This document shows positions 39,395 to 49,629 of a DNA stretch of 64,000 bases, piece after piece. This stretch comes from Roseibacillus sp. (GTDB lineage: Bacteria; Verrucomicrobiota; Verrucomicrobiia; Verrucomicrobiales; Akkermansiaceae), in NCBI GenBank assembly GCA_965242925.1, contig CBDEUM010000022.1, positions 128,001 to 192,000 on the forward strand, given 5' to 3'. The notes beneath the pieces are model-generated. The model saw nothing but the letters and a program-made list of their open reading frames with translations. It did no database searches and had not been told where the DNA came from. Within the stretch, counting starts at the first letter, position 1; each line of letters begins with the position of its first letter. The position numbers and the translations under genes are program-made.

Positions 39395-42300
39395 TTACTT
39401 GTGGACCCTGATACGGAAGAAGTGCCTATCCTCCCCTCCCTGGTAGATCCACTCGTGGCGTTCACCGAAATCCAGCCAGCGTTTGCTGATCTCGTCGAAT
39501 TCCTGGAGCTGGAACTGCAGCTTGAAGTGCCCGTCCTGCTGCTTCTCGATGATGAGATCGCCACTGTCGGCCTCGACGATGGATTTCCTGGTAAAGAAGC
39601 CAGTCGACGCCTCGAGGGAGGCGATCCGGACGGTGTCATCCAGAGCCGGGTTGAATCCCAGGTCCGCAAGAGAGACCTCGACACCATCTTCCAGTCCATC
39701 TCCATCGCTGTCGGATTCGGCATCGCTGGTCCCGTGGATCTCTTCCTCATCGAGTTCGGTGAGCCCGTCTCCATCGGCATCCTCGCTGCGGTCGTCAATG
39801 ATCTGAACGATGAAGGCTTCTTCGCTCCATCCCCCGGCATGGCTCGATCGAACCCGCACATTGTAGGCAGACCGGCTCTCATGATCAGCATGACTGGTGA
39901 AGATCAGTGAGCCTCCTTCGACCTGGAAATGTCCGTTGTCATTAGCCCCTGCACCCCTCACCAGGGAGTAGGTCGCTTCAACCTCTTCACCACCGACAAC
40001 GGTGCTTATCCCGCCAACTCGGAATCCCGGGTTGTTCCCCTCGGGGATAAGACTGTCACTCAACGAGACTGCTGTCCCCGCAGCGGTCCCCGAATCCATG
40101 ACCCGGACCCGGCCTTCATCGTCATCCACCACCACATAGCGGGCGATCTGGGAGGGATCAACCTCAAGGTCGATCTCACCATTGTCGTCGGTGAGTCCAT
40201 TGAGAATGGTTCTGTTGGTGAGAACCACGTTAACGCGCAGGCCCGGTAAAGGATTCTTCAATTCATCCAGGACAGTGACATGGGCACGACCTAGCCGGGG
40301 GCGCACGACGATTTCGGGGAACCAGGACGGCCAAACCGCCTTGCGCCGGATGGTCATCTCGGGATCTCCCAGGAGAATATAGCAGAAGGTGTTGTTCTCC
40401 CACGCAGAATCCAAGCCGTAGGTGCTGGAGGAAATCACTTCGGCTTCCGCCAGGGCAGGACCGAGTCGCGTGATTCCATTCTCGTAAATGGCCTTGAAGA
40501 TTCCCTTGGCGCGCTCGTGATTCTCGTCGGTGTAGGAGTTCACCGAGGCACTGTAGTAAGCCACCGATCCCCCCCCTGCGCGGGACATCCAGTTCTCTCC
40601 GGCGCAATCGTCCTGGTTGATGCGATTGTTCTGGCAGGCAATGGAATAAACAATCGGGAAGATCCTCTCGTTATCGAGTTGATTGATTTCCGTCGACCCG
40701 AAGGAATCTCCCATGGTGCTGGTTCCGTCCCAACCGGATACCCAGTCGGTCGAACTCCCGTGTCCCCTGTAGAGGACCATCCCGCGCCCGGCTCCGATGT
40801 CATCGATGACTTCCTCGTTGGTGGCACGGGGGGTGCCGGCATCAGCGGCCCCGGCATGCCGGACGGTGAAGGCGGGAGGATCGGTGTAATTGGCGTAGTC
40901 CGCGATGGCATTGACTGCCGCGGCGTACTTCGAGGGGAACTGGGGATCGACTCCGTAAGCTCCGTTGTCGTTCTGGCTGTTGGCGGCGAGGGTGACACGG
41001 GTGGGCCACCCCCCTATTGCCGGATCCCGTTCATAGGCGAGAATCTTGTTCAACTGGACGGTCAGGTCGTCGGCATCATCGACTGAGAGCCGTCCGACAT
41101 AGAGTGATGCGAAGTCGTCATCTCCGATCGCCTCATAGACATGATCGGAATCTCCGTTGTTGCCATCGGGACTGGCGACAACCTTGTTGGATCGACCACC
41201 GGGGATGCGGTCCACGTCGCCCACCAGAAGAACGTAGACTCCGTGACAGAAGTTCCGGTGGTAGTAGTTCTCCAGGTATTGATCGATGTCATCCCGGTCT
41301 GATTCTACGTCGTCGCCGAGGTTGTTGCCAACGAACACGAACTTCACGCTGAGCCCCTTGTCCCGCTTCCAGTCCGCGAACTCCTGCAGCTCATCCTCGA
41401 ACTCACGGGGAGTGACGATAAGATAGCGAGCGCTACGGATTGGCAAAATGGGGGTGAGGACCGCCTCCAGACGCAGCCGGAGGGACAATCCATTTGCGAA
41501 GGAGGGTTTGCTGATCCACTGATCCCAGGGGATGCATTCGTATTTTCTCACGAAGGGCATGCGGTGCACGATGCGCCATTCCATCACCGAGGGGATGCGC
41601 AACTCCGTGGGCCGTCCCACCTCGCACAGAGGAACGTTGAACTGGCTGCCACCGAAGGTGCCCCCGATTCGTTGAACCTTGCCCAGCGGAGGCACGTTCC
41701 CGTTGTAGATCTCAACGTTGTTCTGATAGAAATCCCGGTCCCTGAGTTCCGGTGCGTCGTATCCCCCGAAGTGTTCTCCCTCGTCCGAACCGCTGAAGCC
41801 GGCCGGAACGAGCGGGTGCTCAAGTGTCACGTCGATCTTCTTGTGATTGAGCACCTGCACCCTGAAGTTTTCGCCGGGCTTGGATCCCAGTGAAGTTGCG
41901 ATCAATCCCCGCAGATGGGGGATCCCGGGGCGCGCCCCGGCAGGATCAATCCCAAGCTCGATCATCTCTCTGGCCGTGAGATCGCCCAGTTGCTGGTCGA
42001 TGAGCTTTTCCGGGAAGGCTCCCCGTTTCACTCCAATACGCATGCTCTGCATGTACTTCGCCGGAGAGAGCGGCGATGCGTTCTGACCATCGGGAAAATC
42101 GAACCAGTTGCTGTCATCCTCCTTGAGGAAAGGCTCGCGCTCGGCCAGGAGCCCTCCCTCCCCCAGGAGGACCTGAAGCCCATTCCCGTTCCGCAAGGCC
42201 TCAAGGGCCTGCAGGCGAGGGAATCCCTCCCCGAAGAGAACGGGATCGGGGAAGCGGATCTGGGTGTGGGGATTTCCCCCGTAGTTGATTGTTCGCATCC

Positions 42301-42502
42301 AGTATCCGGGAACCCTCACTTCGAGTTCGGTCTCCTCAAGGTTGCTCCTGCGAACTTCCACCGTGACGGGCGTCCCTTCGGGATAATTGCGCTCGAGAGG
42401 GACCCAGTCCCACTTGGAATCGCCGGGGACGTCCTGCCCCTGCGCGAAACCCATGAACGAAACCCAGGCAACGACACCAGCCAGTAACAGTCTTGTTTTC
42501 AT
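39395..42502 (-). CDS. Gingipain-like C25 cysteine peptidase with propeptide, cadherin-like domain and Asp-rich Ca-binding repeats
   Basis: 'YLIVTP..F..ELQEFADWKRDKG', 'YVLLVGD', 'YVGRLS', catalytic 'YRGHGS' and 'SIACQN', 'LLGDP'; DADGDGL/DSDGDGL repeats. Confidence 0.88.
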   Translation of the reverse strand: MKTRLLLAGVVAWVSFMGFAQGQDVPGDSKWDWVPLERNYPEGTPVTVEVRRSNLEETELEVRVPGYWMRTINYGGNPHTQIRFPDPVLFGEGFPRLQALEALRNGNGLQVLLGEGGLLAEREPFLKEDDSNWFDFPDGQNASPLSPAKYMQSMRIGVKRGAFPEKLIDQQLGDLTAREMIELGIDPAGARPGIPHLRGLIATSLGSKPGENFRVQVLNHKKIDVTLEHPLVPAGFSGSDEGEHFGGYDAPELRDRDFYQNNVEIYNGNVPPLGKVQRIGGTFGGSQFNVPLCEVGRPTELRIPSVMEWRIVHRMPFVRKYECIPWDQWISKPSFANGLSLRLRLEAVLTPILPIRSARYLIVTPREFEDELQEFADWKRDKGLSVKFVFVGNNLGDDVESDRDDIDQYLENYYHRNFCHGVYVLLVGDVDRIPGGRSNKVVASPDGNNGDSDHVYEAIGDDDFASLYVGRLSVDDADDLTVQLNKILAYERDPAIGGWPTRVTLAANSQNDNGAYGVDPQFPSKYAAAVNAIADYANYTDPPAFTVRHAGAADAGTPRATNEEVIDDIGAGRGMVLYRGHGSSTDWVSGWDGTSTMGDSFGSTEINQLDNERIFPIVYSIACQNNRINQDDCAGENWMSRAGGGSVAYYSASVNSYTDENHERAKGIFKAIYENGITRLGPALAEAEVISSSTYGLDSAWENNTFCYILLGDPEMTIRRKAVWPSWFPEIVVRPRLGRAHVTVLDELKNPLPGLRVNVVLTNRTILNGLTDDNGEIDLEVDPSQIARYVVVDDDEGRVRVMDSGTAAGTAVSLSDSLIPEGNNPGFRVGGISTVVGGEEVEATYSLVRGAGANDNGHFQVEGGSLIFTSHADHESRSAYNVRVRSSHAGGWSEEAFIVQIIDDRSEDADGDGLTELDEEEIHGTSDAESDSDGDGLEDGVEVSLADLGFNPALDDTVRIASLEASTGFFTRKSIVEADSGDLIIEKQQDGHFKLQFQLQEFDEISKRWLDFGERHEWIYQGGEDRHFFRIRVHK

Positions 42503-42538
42503 CGTAGTAATAATTTGGTTGTTGGTCTTTTGTTCCGG

Positions 42539-44563
42539 CTAGTGGGATCTGGTTGCCAGGGATGGAGAAAGGGAGATCATCAGACAGGGCATGTTGGCGA
42601 CGAAGTCGAGATCGGCTGCCCGGCGGGTGAGATCGTCAAAGACGCGGGGAACACCACTCACGGGGTCGGACAGGGCTGTCCCTGTTCCGGTAAGGAAACG
42701 GGAAAGGTGGGACTCAATCCCGACATTGCGCTCGGCGATGTGAACGAAGCTCGGGGTCCCGCTGGATAATGGCCCGATCGGCGGAAGATGTGTCCCAGCC
42801 TCCCCTCCATGACATCCGTTGCAGGTATTGAGGGAGAAACAGTGACGGGCGTCATTGTTCAGGATCCCGCCTGTATTCCAGAAGAAATCGGGGACCAGAA
42901 CACCGGATTTTCCCGAAAGAAAGGGTGTGGCTCCCGGGAAGGAAAGCGGGACGGTATGGGAGCCCGCCAGGATATCAGCCTCATAGGTGTTGATGTAGTT
43001 GGCCAGGTCCACCGTGCCCATTTTCGAGTCAGCAGGCGTCTGCTTGGTCGTGACTGCGGTGAGGTCGTTGGGAGCCACCCCGGCCCCCGTGATCTGCCAC
43101 TCGCGCAGGGTCCAGGGTCCCGGTCCGATGAAGTTGTTCGAACGAATCTGGTTAATTGCGCTCCCATTGGGTTTGGAAGGATTGGAATTCGCAAGGGCCA
43201 CGACGTCGGTGAGGGTCTCGAGTTCGGTATTGTAGACCCCTCCGAAGGGCAGGACGCCCAGTTGATGCCACCGGTTGGCCCAATCCTTGATCTGGGGACA
43301 GGTTCCCAGAGGAACCCCATATTCAAAGATGACGGTCATCGGCAGATGTGCTCCCGTGTCCAGGTTGTAGGCACAGAACACGAAGCGGCATTCTCCGGCA
43401 TCACCAGCTGCGTAGCCGGAGGCACTGCGCAGGTCGACCCGGTTCACGATGGCGGTGAGACGGAAGGGAGCGTTCTTCAGGTCCAGCGGATCGAGGCCCT
43501 CCGCCAGATTCCGAGTCTCCCATTTGTTGATGATCTGCGCTTGAACGGCCCCTCCGCGATCCGGCACGGGGTCGAAGTTGATCACCTGCAAGGCTTCGAA
43601 ATGCTGGATCCAGCGGCGGGCGAAGACCTTGGGGTCCAGACCGGTGAGGGAGGAGTTGCACATTTCCTCCATGAGGAAACCGAAGGTCCACTTCCGTGGA
43701 CGACCTGTTGCCGGATCAAGGTAGGAGATCGCCCCCGGGCTGAAGAGGTCGAAGGTGCGGTCCGGATCTTCGACCACCGAGAGATCGGTGATCATGAGGG
43801 ACTTCTTCGGATCAACGGCTGCCGCAGATCCAAGGATGGGGCCACCCGAACAGGAGAGAGGCTGAATTTCCCTGTTGTTGAGGAAAGGGAACAGATCAAA
43901 GTTGTCTCCGAGGGATTCCGGGTCCGGAACGGGGAGGTGGCCAGTCAACTGGCGATCCATGTAAACGGGGACGGTGCCATCACCCAGGTTCCGGAGACGA
44001 TTCAGCGAGCCCTTGAGCTCGGCGCTGAATCTGTCGACAATTCCGGCTCGAAGTGAGGCAGTGAAGCTGCCGGGAACCCGGCCGGGCTGGAAAGTCACCG
44101 GTCCCTCATTGAGAAAGAGGGGGAATCCTTCAGTGAAAAATTCCTTGTTCCGGACTGCGGTGTGCTCCGGAGGGAACTGAAGGGTGAGAAGGTTCCCCTG
44201 GAGGTTGAGAGAGGAGGGCCGGATGTCGTCCGGATTGGGGACGGATCCCTCCTCCACAATCGGTCGAACGGCTGAGCCAAACTCCTGGCCACCAATCTGA
44301 ACCCTGGCCCGGAACAGTTTGGTGGGAACGTCCATGGGGATCTCAAGCTCTATGATCCGCTGGTTTTCAGTGGTTACCGCTTCGGTAGCGGTGGTGCCAT
44401 CGGGATTAATGCGTTCGATTTCAACCTGCGGGGCTCTGATACGGACGCGAACGGAATCGCCATGGACTTGGGTGGATTCAATCTCCTGGCCGAAGGTAAG
44501 GCTGCCCGCGAGACCGAGCAGGCAGCAGCCGAGGCGGTGAATGGGGTGGGGGTTAGGTTTCAT
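42539..44563 (-). CDS. Secreted protein with single C-terminal CxxCH heme-binding motif
   Basis: Signal peptide; 'FSLNTCNGCHGGE'; 'APFRLTAIVNRVDLR' core; function unknown. Confidence 0.75.
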   Translation of the reverse strand: MKPNPHPIHRLGCCLLGLAGSLTFGQEIESTQVHGDSVRVRIRAPQVEIERINPDGTTATEAVTTENQRIIELEIPMDVPTKLFRARVQIGGQEFGSAVRPIVEEGSVPNPDDIRPSSLNLQGNLLTLQFPPEHTAVRNKEFFTEGFPLFLNEGPVTFQPGRVPGSFTASLRAGIVDRFSAELKGSLNRLRNLGDGTVPVYMDRQLTGHLPVPDPESLGDNFDLFPFLNNREIQPLSCSGGPILGSAAAVDPKKSLMITDLSVVEDPDRTFDLFSPGAISYLDPATGRPRKWTFGFLMEEMCNSSLTGLDPKVFARRWIQHFEALQVINFDPVPDRGGAVQAQIINKWETRNLAEGLDPLDLKNAPFRLTAIVNRVDLRSASGYAAGDAGECRFVFCAYNLDTGAHLPMTVIFEYGVPLGTCPQIKDWANRWHQLGVLPFGGVYNTELETLTDVVALANSNPSKPNGSAINQIRSNNFIGPGPWTLREWQITGAGVAPNDLTAVTTKQTPADSKMGTVDLANYINTYEADILAGSHTVPLSFPGATPFLSGKSGVLVPDFFWNTGGILNNDARHCFSLNTCNGCHGGEAGTHLPPIGPLSSGTPSFVHIAERNVGIESHLSRFLTGTGTALSDPVSGVPRVFDDLTRRAADLDFVANMPCLMISLSPSLATRSH

Positions 44564-44582
44564 TTGTCTGGTGGTGGGGGGT

Positions 44583-45428
44583 TCAGGTTCCGTTGTTCAG
44601 TGCTTGTCTGTGCGGGGAAAGAAACGGCTGGAGCCAGGGATGGAGCGACGAAGCGTCAAGCGAGAGCCCCAGTTCCCCAAAGGAGCCGTTGAGCCGGTGG
44701 TCATGGTCGGAGGGGCCTCGATGGCGTCCAAGGTTCAGGCTGGCGATGCGGACCCTGCCGTCGGAATCGAGGACAAGACCGGGTCCACCGGAATCTCCTG
44801 CGGCAAAATGTGCTTCATTCTTATCCGGATCGAAACGATGGATCAGGATCGGCCCGTAGTCTTGAGGGAGGCCAAGACTGAACAGCAGCTCCGGTGTTGG
44901 CCTCTGGTCAAAGAAGTTCCGCCCAAGGGTCAGGGTTCCGGGAGGCTGGTAGTCTCCCAGCAAGCCGTTGCCTCGATGGCCGTAACCGGCAAGGTGAACC
45001 ATGAGATCTTTCCCCGCGGGTTTTGTCGTGGGTGGAACTCCAGCGATGACGTCCGGGGAAATCGGGCTGTCGAGCTCGATGAGAGCGGCATCCCAGATTC
45101 GCGAGAGCCGGTGGTCGGCGGCCTTGGGATGAAGGTATACTGATTTCCACCGGCAACGGGGTTTTTCTGCGCAGGATGGGAATTCGATGAGGCCGTATGA
45201 AATGCGGTCCTCCGGAACAGGGGAAACGACGTGAGCGGCAGTGAGGACGTAGCGCCCACCAGGCAGAAGAGTGCCGGAGGCGGTGAGACCGAACGGGGTA
45301 TGAATCCGGGCTACCGCCGCCGTTGGAGGGAGGTGGGAAGCGTCCTCCGGGGAGGGGCCATCAATGACGATAGCCCCCGCGGGCCCGAGACTCAGGAGGA
45401 TGAGAAAAGCGATTTGACCGTACCGCAT
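44583..45428 (-). CDS. Trypsin-like (S1) serine protease
   Basis: Signal peptide; triad motifs 'VLTAAHV', 'DAALIEL', 'GDSGGP'. Confidence 0.9.
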   Translation of the reverse strand: MRYGQIAFLILLSLGPAGAIVIDGPSPEDASHLPPTAAVARIHTPFGLTASGTLLPGGRYVLTAAHVVSPVPEDRISYGLIEFPSCAEKPRCRWKSVYLHPKAADHRLSRIWDAALIELDSPISPDVIAGVPPTTKPAGKDLMVHLAGYGHRGNGLLGDYQPPGTLTLGRNFFDQRPTPELLFSLGLPQDYGPILIHRFDPDKNEAHFAAGDSGGPGLVLDSDGRVRIASLNLGRHRGPSDHDHRLNGSFGELGLSLDASSLHPWLQPFLSPHRQALNNGT

Positions 45429-45611
45429 TGGGATTCCAACCGGGGGGCCAGGAAGCGATTCCCATTTTTCTGGAAGAAAATTTCAGCTCCGGTCGAAATA
45501 GACATCGAAACGAGAAGATGATCGGCAGAGATCTGCGGAAGGACACCTGTTTCCACCGGCGGGAATCTTCCCGTATCCGGGACGGACTGCCGCCCACTGC
45601 AACAACCACGG

Positions 45612-47219
45612 TCAAGCCGTCACGGCCCCCTTCTCGTCATCCAGTAACCCCGATTTTTCCAGGTAGTAATCGTATCCCCCGCTATATTTGGTCACTTCCC
45701 CGCCGGAGATGTGCCAGGTCGACTCCGCCAGCTTGCGGATGAAGTGAACATCGTGGGAAATGAAAACGAGTGATCCTTCAAACTGTTTGAGGGCCTCGAT
45801 GAGTGCCTCCACCGAAAGGAGATCGAGGTGGGTGGTGGGCTCATCCATGAGAAGCAGGTTGGGTGGATCGACCAGGAACTTCACCAGGTTGAGCCGACTC
45901 TTCTCTCCGCCTGAAAGCACCTTGACCTTCTTGTGCACATCGTCCCGGCGGAACAGGAAGGATCCCAGCAGTCCCCGCGCGTCCTCTTCCCGCATTCCTG
46001 CGCCAGTGGTACAGACCTCCTCCAGCACCGTCTTGCTCTCGTCCAGCAACTCGGAGCGATGCTGCGAATAGTACCCGAGTTTGGTGGCATATCCCACCGC
46101 TCGCTTTCCGCCATCGATTGGCACCATCCCGGTCAGGATCTTGAGAAGAGTCGACTTGCCCGCTCCATTGGGCCCCACCAGGACGATACGGTCGCCCCGC
46201 TCCACCACCAGATCGAGCCTCTCATAGATACGCGTCTCACCATAGGCCTGGCTGACACCCTCGAGTTCGATCACCTTCTGGTTACTGCGGGGCGGCTTGG
46301 GGAAGTGAAACTTGAAGACCTTGCGAGGCGCTCTCGGCTTCTCCAGCGTCTTCATCTTCTCCAATTGCTTCACACGGCTCTGCACCTGCGACGCCTTGGA
46401 TGATACCGAGCGAAACCGGTCAATGAACTCCTGGATCCGGTCGATCTCCTTTTTCTGGTTGCGCCAGGCGGAGAGTTTCTGCTCATGACGTGTTTCGCGC
46501 TCGGCCAGGTAATTGGTATAGTCCCCCCGGTATGGGATGAGCTTCTGCTCATCGATCTCAACCACGGTCTCCACGATGGCATCCACGAAGTGGCGGTCGT
46601 GCGAGATCATCAGGATGGCGCCGGGATAGGCGCTGAGGTAGCGCTGGAACCAGAGCAGGGCGAGCAGGTCAAGGTGGTTGGTGGGCTCGTCCAGCATGAG
46701 AAGGTCCGGCTCGAGGCAGAGGATCTGCGCCAGGTGGGCCCGCATGACCCAGCCGCCCGACATCTCGCTGGCTGGCCGGTCGAAATCCTCCTGCCGGAAA
46801 CCCAATCCTGCCAGGATCTTGCGCCCCTTCGGTTCGAGTTGGAACCCGTTCATGAGGGTGAACTTGTCCTGGGCTTCGGCGTATTCCTCCGAATCGAGAG
46901 TGTCTGCCGCCTCGTGCTCGCGCATGACCCGCTGCACTTCCCGCATCTCGGGCGTAATGGCGGTCGCGATCTGAAGGACGGTGTCTTCGCCCGGATCACC
47001 GGCCTCCTGGGAAAGATAGCCGACGTGGGCATACTCATCGCGTTCCACTTTCCCGGCACTGGCCACCTCATTGCCGAGGATGATCTGGAAAAGGGTCGAT
47101 TTGCCCGCCCCGTTGGGGCCGACCAACGCAACGCGCTCACCCCAGTTGATGGTCAGATCAGCCTCCTCGAAGAGCGTCCGCCCACCGTAGGCCATGGTCA
47201 GCTTGCGTATGGTCAGCAT
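45612..47219 (-). CDS. ABC-F family ribosome-associated ATPase
   Basis: Two NBDs (GPNGAGKSTL x2; MSGGW / LSGGE; LDEPTNHLD / MDEPTTHLD), no TM. Confidence 0.93.
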   Translation of the reverse strand: MLTIRKLTMAYGGRTLFEEADLTINWGERVALVGPNGAGKSTLFQIILGNEVASAGKVERDEYAHVGYLSQEAGDPGEDTVLQIATAITPEMREVQRVMREHEAADTLDSEEYAEAQDKFTLMNGFQLEPKGRKILAGLGFRQEDFDRPASEMSGGWVMRAHLAQILCLEPDLLMLDEPTNHLDLLALLWFQRYLSAYPGAILMISHDRHFVDAIVETVVEIDEQKLIPYRGDYTNYLAERETRHEQKLSAWRNQKKEIDRIQEFIDRFRSVSSKASQVQSRVKQLEKMKTLEKPRAPRKVFKFHFPKPPRSNQKVIELEGVSQAYGETRIYERLDLVVERGDRIVLVGPNGAGKSTLLKILTGMVPIDGGKRAVGYATKLGYYSQHRSELLDESKTVLEEVCTTGAGMREEDARGLLGSFLFRRDDVHKKVKVLSGGEKSRLNLVKFLVDPPNLLLMDEPTTHLDLLSVEALIEALKQFEGSLVFISHDVHFIRKLAESTWHISGGEVTKYSGGYDYYLEKSGLLDDEKGAVTA

Positions 47220-47305
47220 GTGCGCGGGGCCATCGCATCGAATCCCCGAAAATGCAACGGAGAACGGAAGAAGAAACTCCAGCGGGACTACTCCGTTCCC
47301 TGACC

Positions 47306-47920
47306 TTACTTCTTCTTCGCGATCTCCTTCACCGCAAGGTTGCGGAAATCGATCGACATCACCTTGTTGCCGTGGAGTTGCAGACCGAGTGGGCCCTTCG
47401 CCTTGGCTTTATCCGAGGTGTAAGTCATCACGTGCACCCCGTTGAGCCAGACATCGTACTTCGGCCCCACCGCCACGATCCGCATCCTGTTCCACTCGTC
47501 GATCTTGAGGAGGTTCTTTACTCCCTTGACCCCCTTCTTCTCCTCCGCCTCCACCGGATATCCCTTGCCTGAGATGTAGGGGGAGGCCGTCATGTCGCGC
47601 TTGAGCGATCCGGAGATCCCGATCTGGATCTGCTGGCCACCATCCCTCAGGAACACTCCCGAGTCGCCCTTGCCGTCAAAGCGGAATTCACAACTCATGT
47701 CGAAGTCGGTGTATTCCTTTTCGGTCCACAGGTTGCTCCCGCGCTTCCTGGGACCGCTCTTGGCCACAATCATCCCATCGGTCACCGACCACCAGATGTT
47801 GTCCCCGGGAATTTTCCACCCCGTGAGGTCCTTCCCGTTGAAAAGAGGCGTTCCCTTCTCGTGATGATCCCCCCAGGCGAGGGCTGGAACGGCAAGAAAA
47901 GCGAGTAATGCGAGTCTCAT
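47306..47920 (-). CDS. DUF1080 (3-keto-disaccharide hydrolase-like) protein
   Basis: Signal peptide, 'LFNGKDLTGW', 'DSGVFLR', 'EWN', 'GPLGLQLHG', 'FRNL'. Confidence 0.88.
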   Translation of the reverse strand: MRLALLAFLAVPALAWGDHHEKGTPLFNGKDLTGWKIPGDNIWWSVTDGMIVAKSGPRKRGSNLWTEKEYTDFDMSCEFRFDGKGDSGVFLRDGGQQIQIGISGSLKRDMTASPYISGKGYPVEAEEKKGVKGVKNLLKIDEWNRMRIVAVGPKYDVWLNGVHVMTYTSDKAKAKGPLGLQLHGNKVMSIDFRNLAVKEIAKKK

Positions 47921-47969
47921 GACCCCCTTTCTACCCGATCGCGCCGCGATGTCCACCCGGCAGGAAATC

Positions 47970-49544
47970 CTACTGTTCCCGCTGCAGGAAGAGATCGATG
48001 CCCTCGGTGAGAGCGATCCAGCTGGCCTCGATGATACTGTCGGAAACCCCAACCGTCCCCCAACTGCGCTCTCCATCGGTGTGCACGATCTGAACCCGGG
48101 TCTTGGCTGCGGTGGCGGCGTGTCCATCCACAATCCGCACCTTGTAATCGATGAGGGAGACCCCCTCGATGGCAGGGAAGTGCGGCATGAGCGCCTGGCG
48201 CAGGGCCTTGTCCAGGGCATTGACCACCCCATGGCCTTCCGCCGCGGTGTGCTCCGGCACGCCCCCCACTTCCATCTTCACGGCGGCCTCGCAAACCGGG
48301 TTGTGTCCATCCCGGTACTGGCGGAAACTGCAGTGATACTCGCGCAGGGCCCAGCGTTTCTCGTGCTTCCCGATCTCGCGACGGATGAGCAGCTCCAGTG
48401 AACCACCCGCCGCCTCGTAGGAATATCCCTCCTTCTCCTGCTCCTTGACCTTGACCAGCACCGCCTTCGCTTCCGCACTGCCCTTTTCCAGCGGCAGACC
48501 GATCTCCTGGGCCTTCATCAGGATGTTCGATTGCCCGGAGAGCTCACTGACCAGGATGATCTGGGCGTTTCCCACCTCCTCGGGGCGGATGTGCTCATAA
48601 CTGTGCGCCACCTTCTGCACCGCATTCACGTGCATCCCCCCCTTGTGGGAAAAAGCGGTGCGTCCCACGAAGGGTGCGCGGTGATAGGGAGAATTGTTGG
48701 AGACCTCGTCTACAAAGCAGGAGAGCTCCTTCAACTTGGTCAGATCGTCCACCACTTCAATCCCGCGCTTGAGCTGCAGGATCGGAATGAGGGAGGTCAT
48801 GTTGCAGTTCCCGGTGCGCTCGCCATAGCCGTTGATTGTTCCCTGCACCTGCACGGCCCCGACACCCACTGCTGAGATGGCATTGGCGATGCCCACTCCG
48901 GAATCGTCGTGGGTGTGAATACCAAAGGGCACACCCGGCACCCGATCCTTCACCACCGTGCAAATCGCCTCGACCTCGTCGGGCATGGTCCCGCCATTGG
49001 TATCGCACAGCACAAGGCATTCCGCTCCTCCCTCAGCGGCGGCCTCCAGGGTCTGCAGGGCGTGCTCACTGTCGTCCTTGTAGCCGTCGAAGAAATGCTC
49101 GGCGTCATAGATCACTTCCCTGTTCGCTTCCTTCAGGTAGCGAACGGTGTCGCGGATCATGTCAAAATTCTCCTCGGGAGTCGTCTTGATCACCTCCGTC
49201 ACGTGGAGCTTCCAGCTCTTCCCGAAAATCGTGATCACCGGTGTGGCGGCATCGATAAGGAGCTTCACCTGGGGATCATCCTCCACCGCCCGGTCATGGC
49301 GGCGGGTAGAGCCGAAGGCCGCGATGCGGGCGTGCTTCCACTCCTCCCCGGCCGCCGCCCTGAAGAATTCCACATCCTTCGGATTCGAACCCGGCCATCC
49401 CCCTTCAATGTAGTCCACCCCGAACTCATCGAGACGATGCGCAATGCGCAACTTGTCCAGACCGGACAACTGGAATCCCTCCCCCTGCGTCCCGTCACGC
49501 AAGGTCGTGTCGTAGAGGGAGACCTGTTTTCCTGCTGCGCTCAT
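47970..49544 (-). CDS. cimA: Citramalate synthase (LeuA/CimA family)
   Basis: 'YDTTLRDGTQGEG', 'EGGWPGSNPKD', 'YDAEHFFDG', 'HKGGMH', 'VSELSG', C-terminal regulatory domain. Confidence 0.9.
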   Translation of the reverse strand: MSAAGKQVSLYDTTLRDGTQGEGFQLSGLDKLRIAHRLDEFGVDYIEGGWPGSNPKDVEFFRAAAGEEWKHARIAAFGSTRRHDRAVEDDPQVKLLIDAATPVITIFGKSWKLHVTEVIKTTPEENFDMIRDTVRYLKEANREVIYDAEHFFDGYKDDSEHALQTLEAAAEGGAECLVLCDTNGGTMPDEVEAICTVVKDRVPGVPFGIHTHDDSGVGIANAISAVGVGAVQVQGTINGYGERTGNCNMTSLIPILQLKRGIEVVDDLTKLKELSCFVDEVSNNSPYHRAPFVGRTAFSHKGGMHVNAVQKVAHSYEHIRPEEVGNAQIILVSELSGQSNILMKAQEIGLPLEKGSAEAKAVLVKVKEQEKEGYSYEAAGGSLELLIRREIGKHEKRWALREYHCSFRQYRDGHNPVCEAAVKMEVGGVPEHTAAEGHGVVNALDKALRQALMPHFPAIEGVSLIDYKVRIVDGHAATAAKTRVQIVHTDGERSWGTVGVSDSIIEASWIALTEGIDLFLQREQ

Positions 49545-49629
49545 GCCCTTTCACCCGCGCTCGCGAGCGCGCGCACCTTGCCCCGGTGTCCCGCCAAACT
49601 CAATACCAAAGGCGTTTCCCCGGGCCGGC

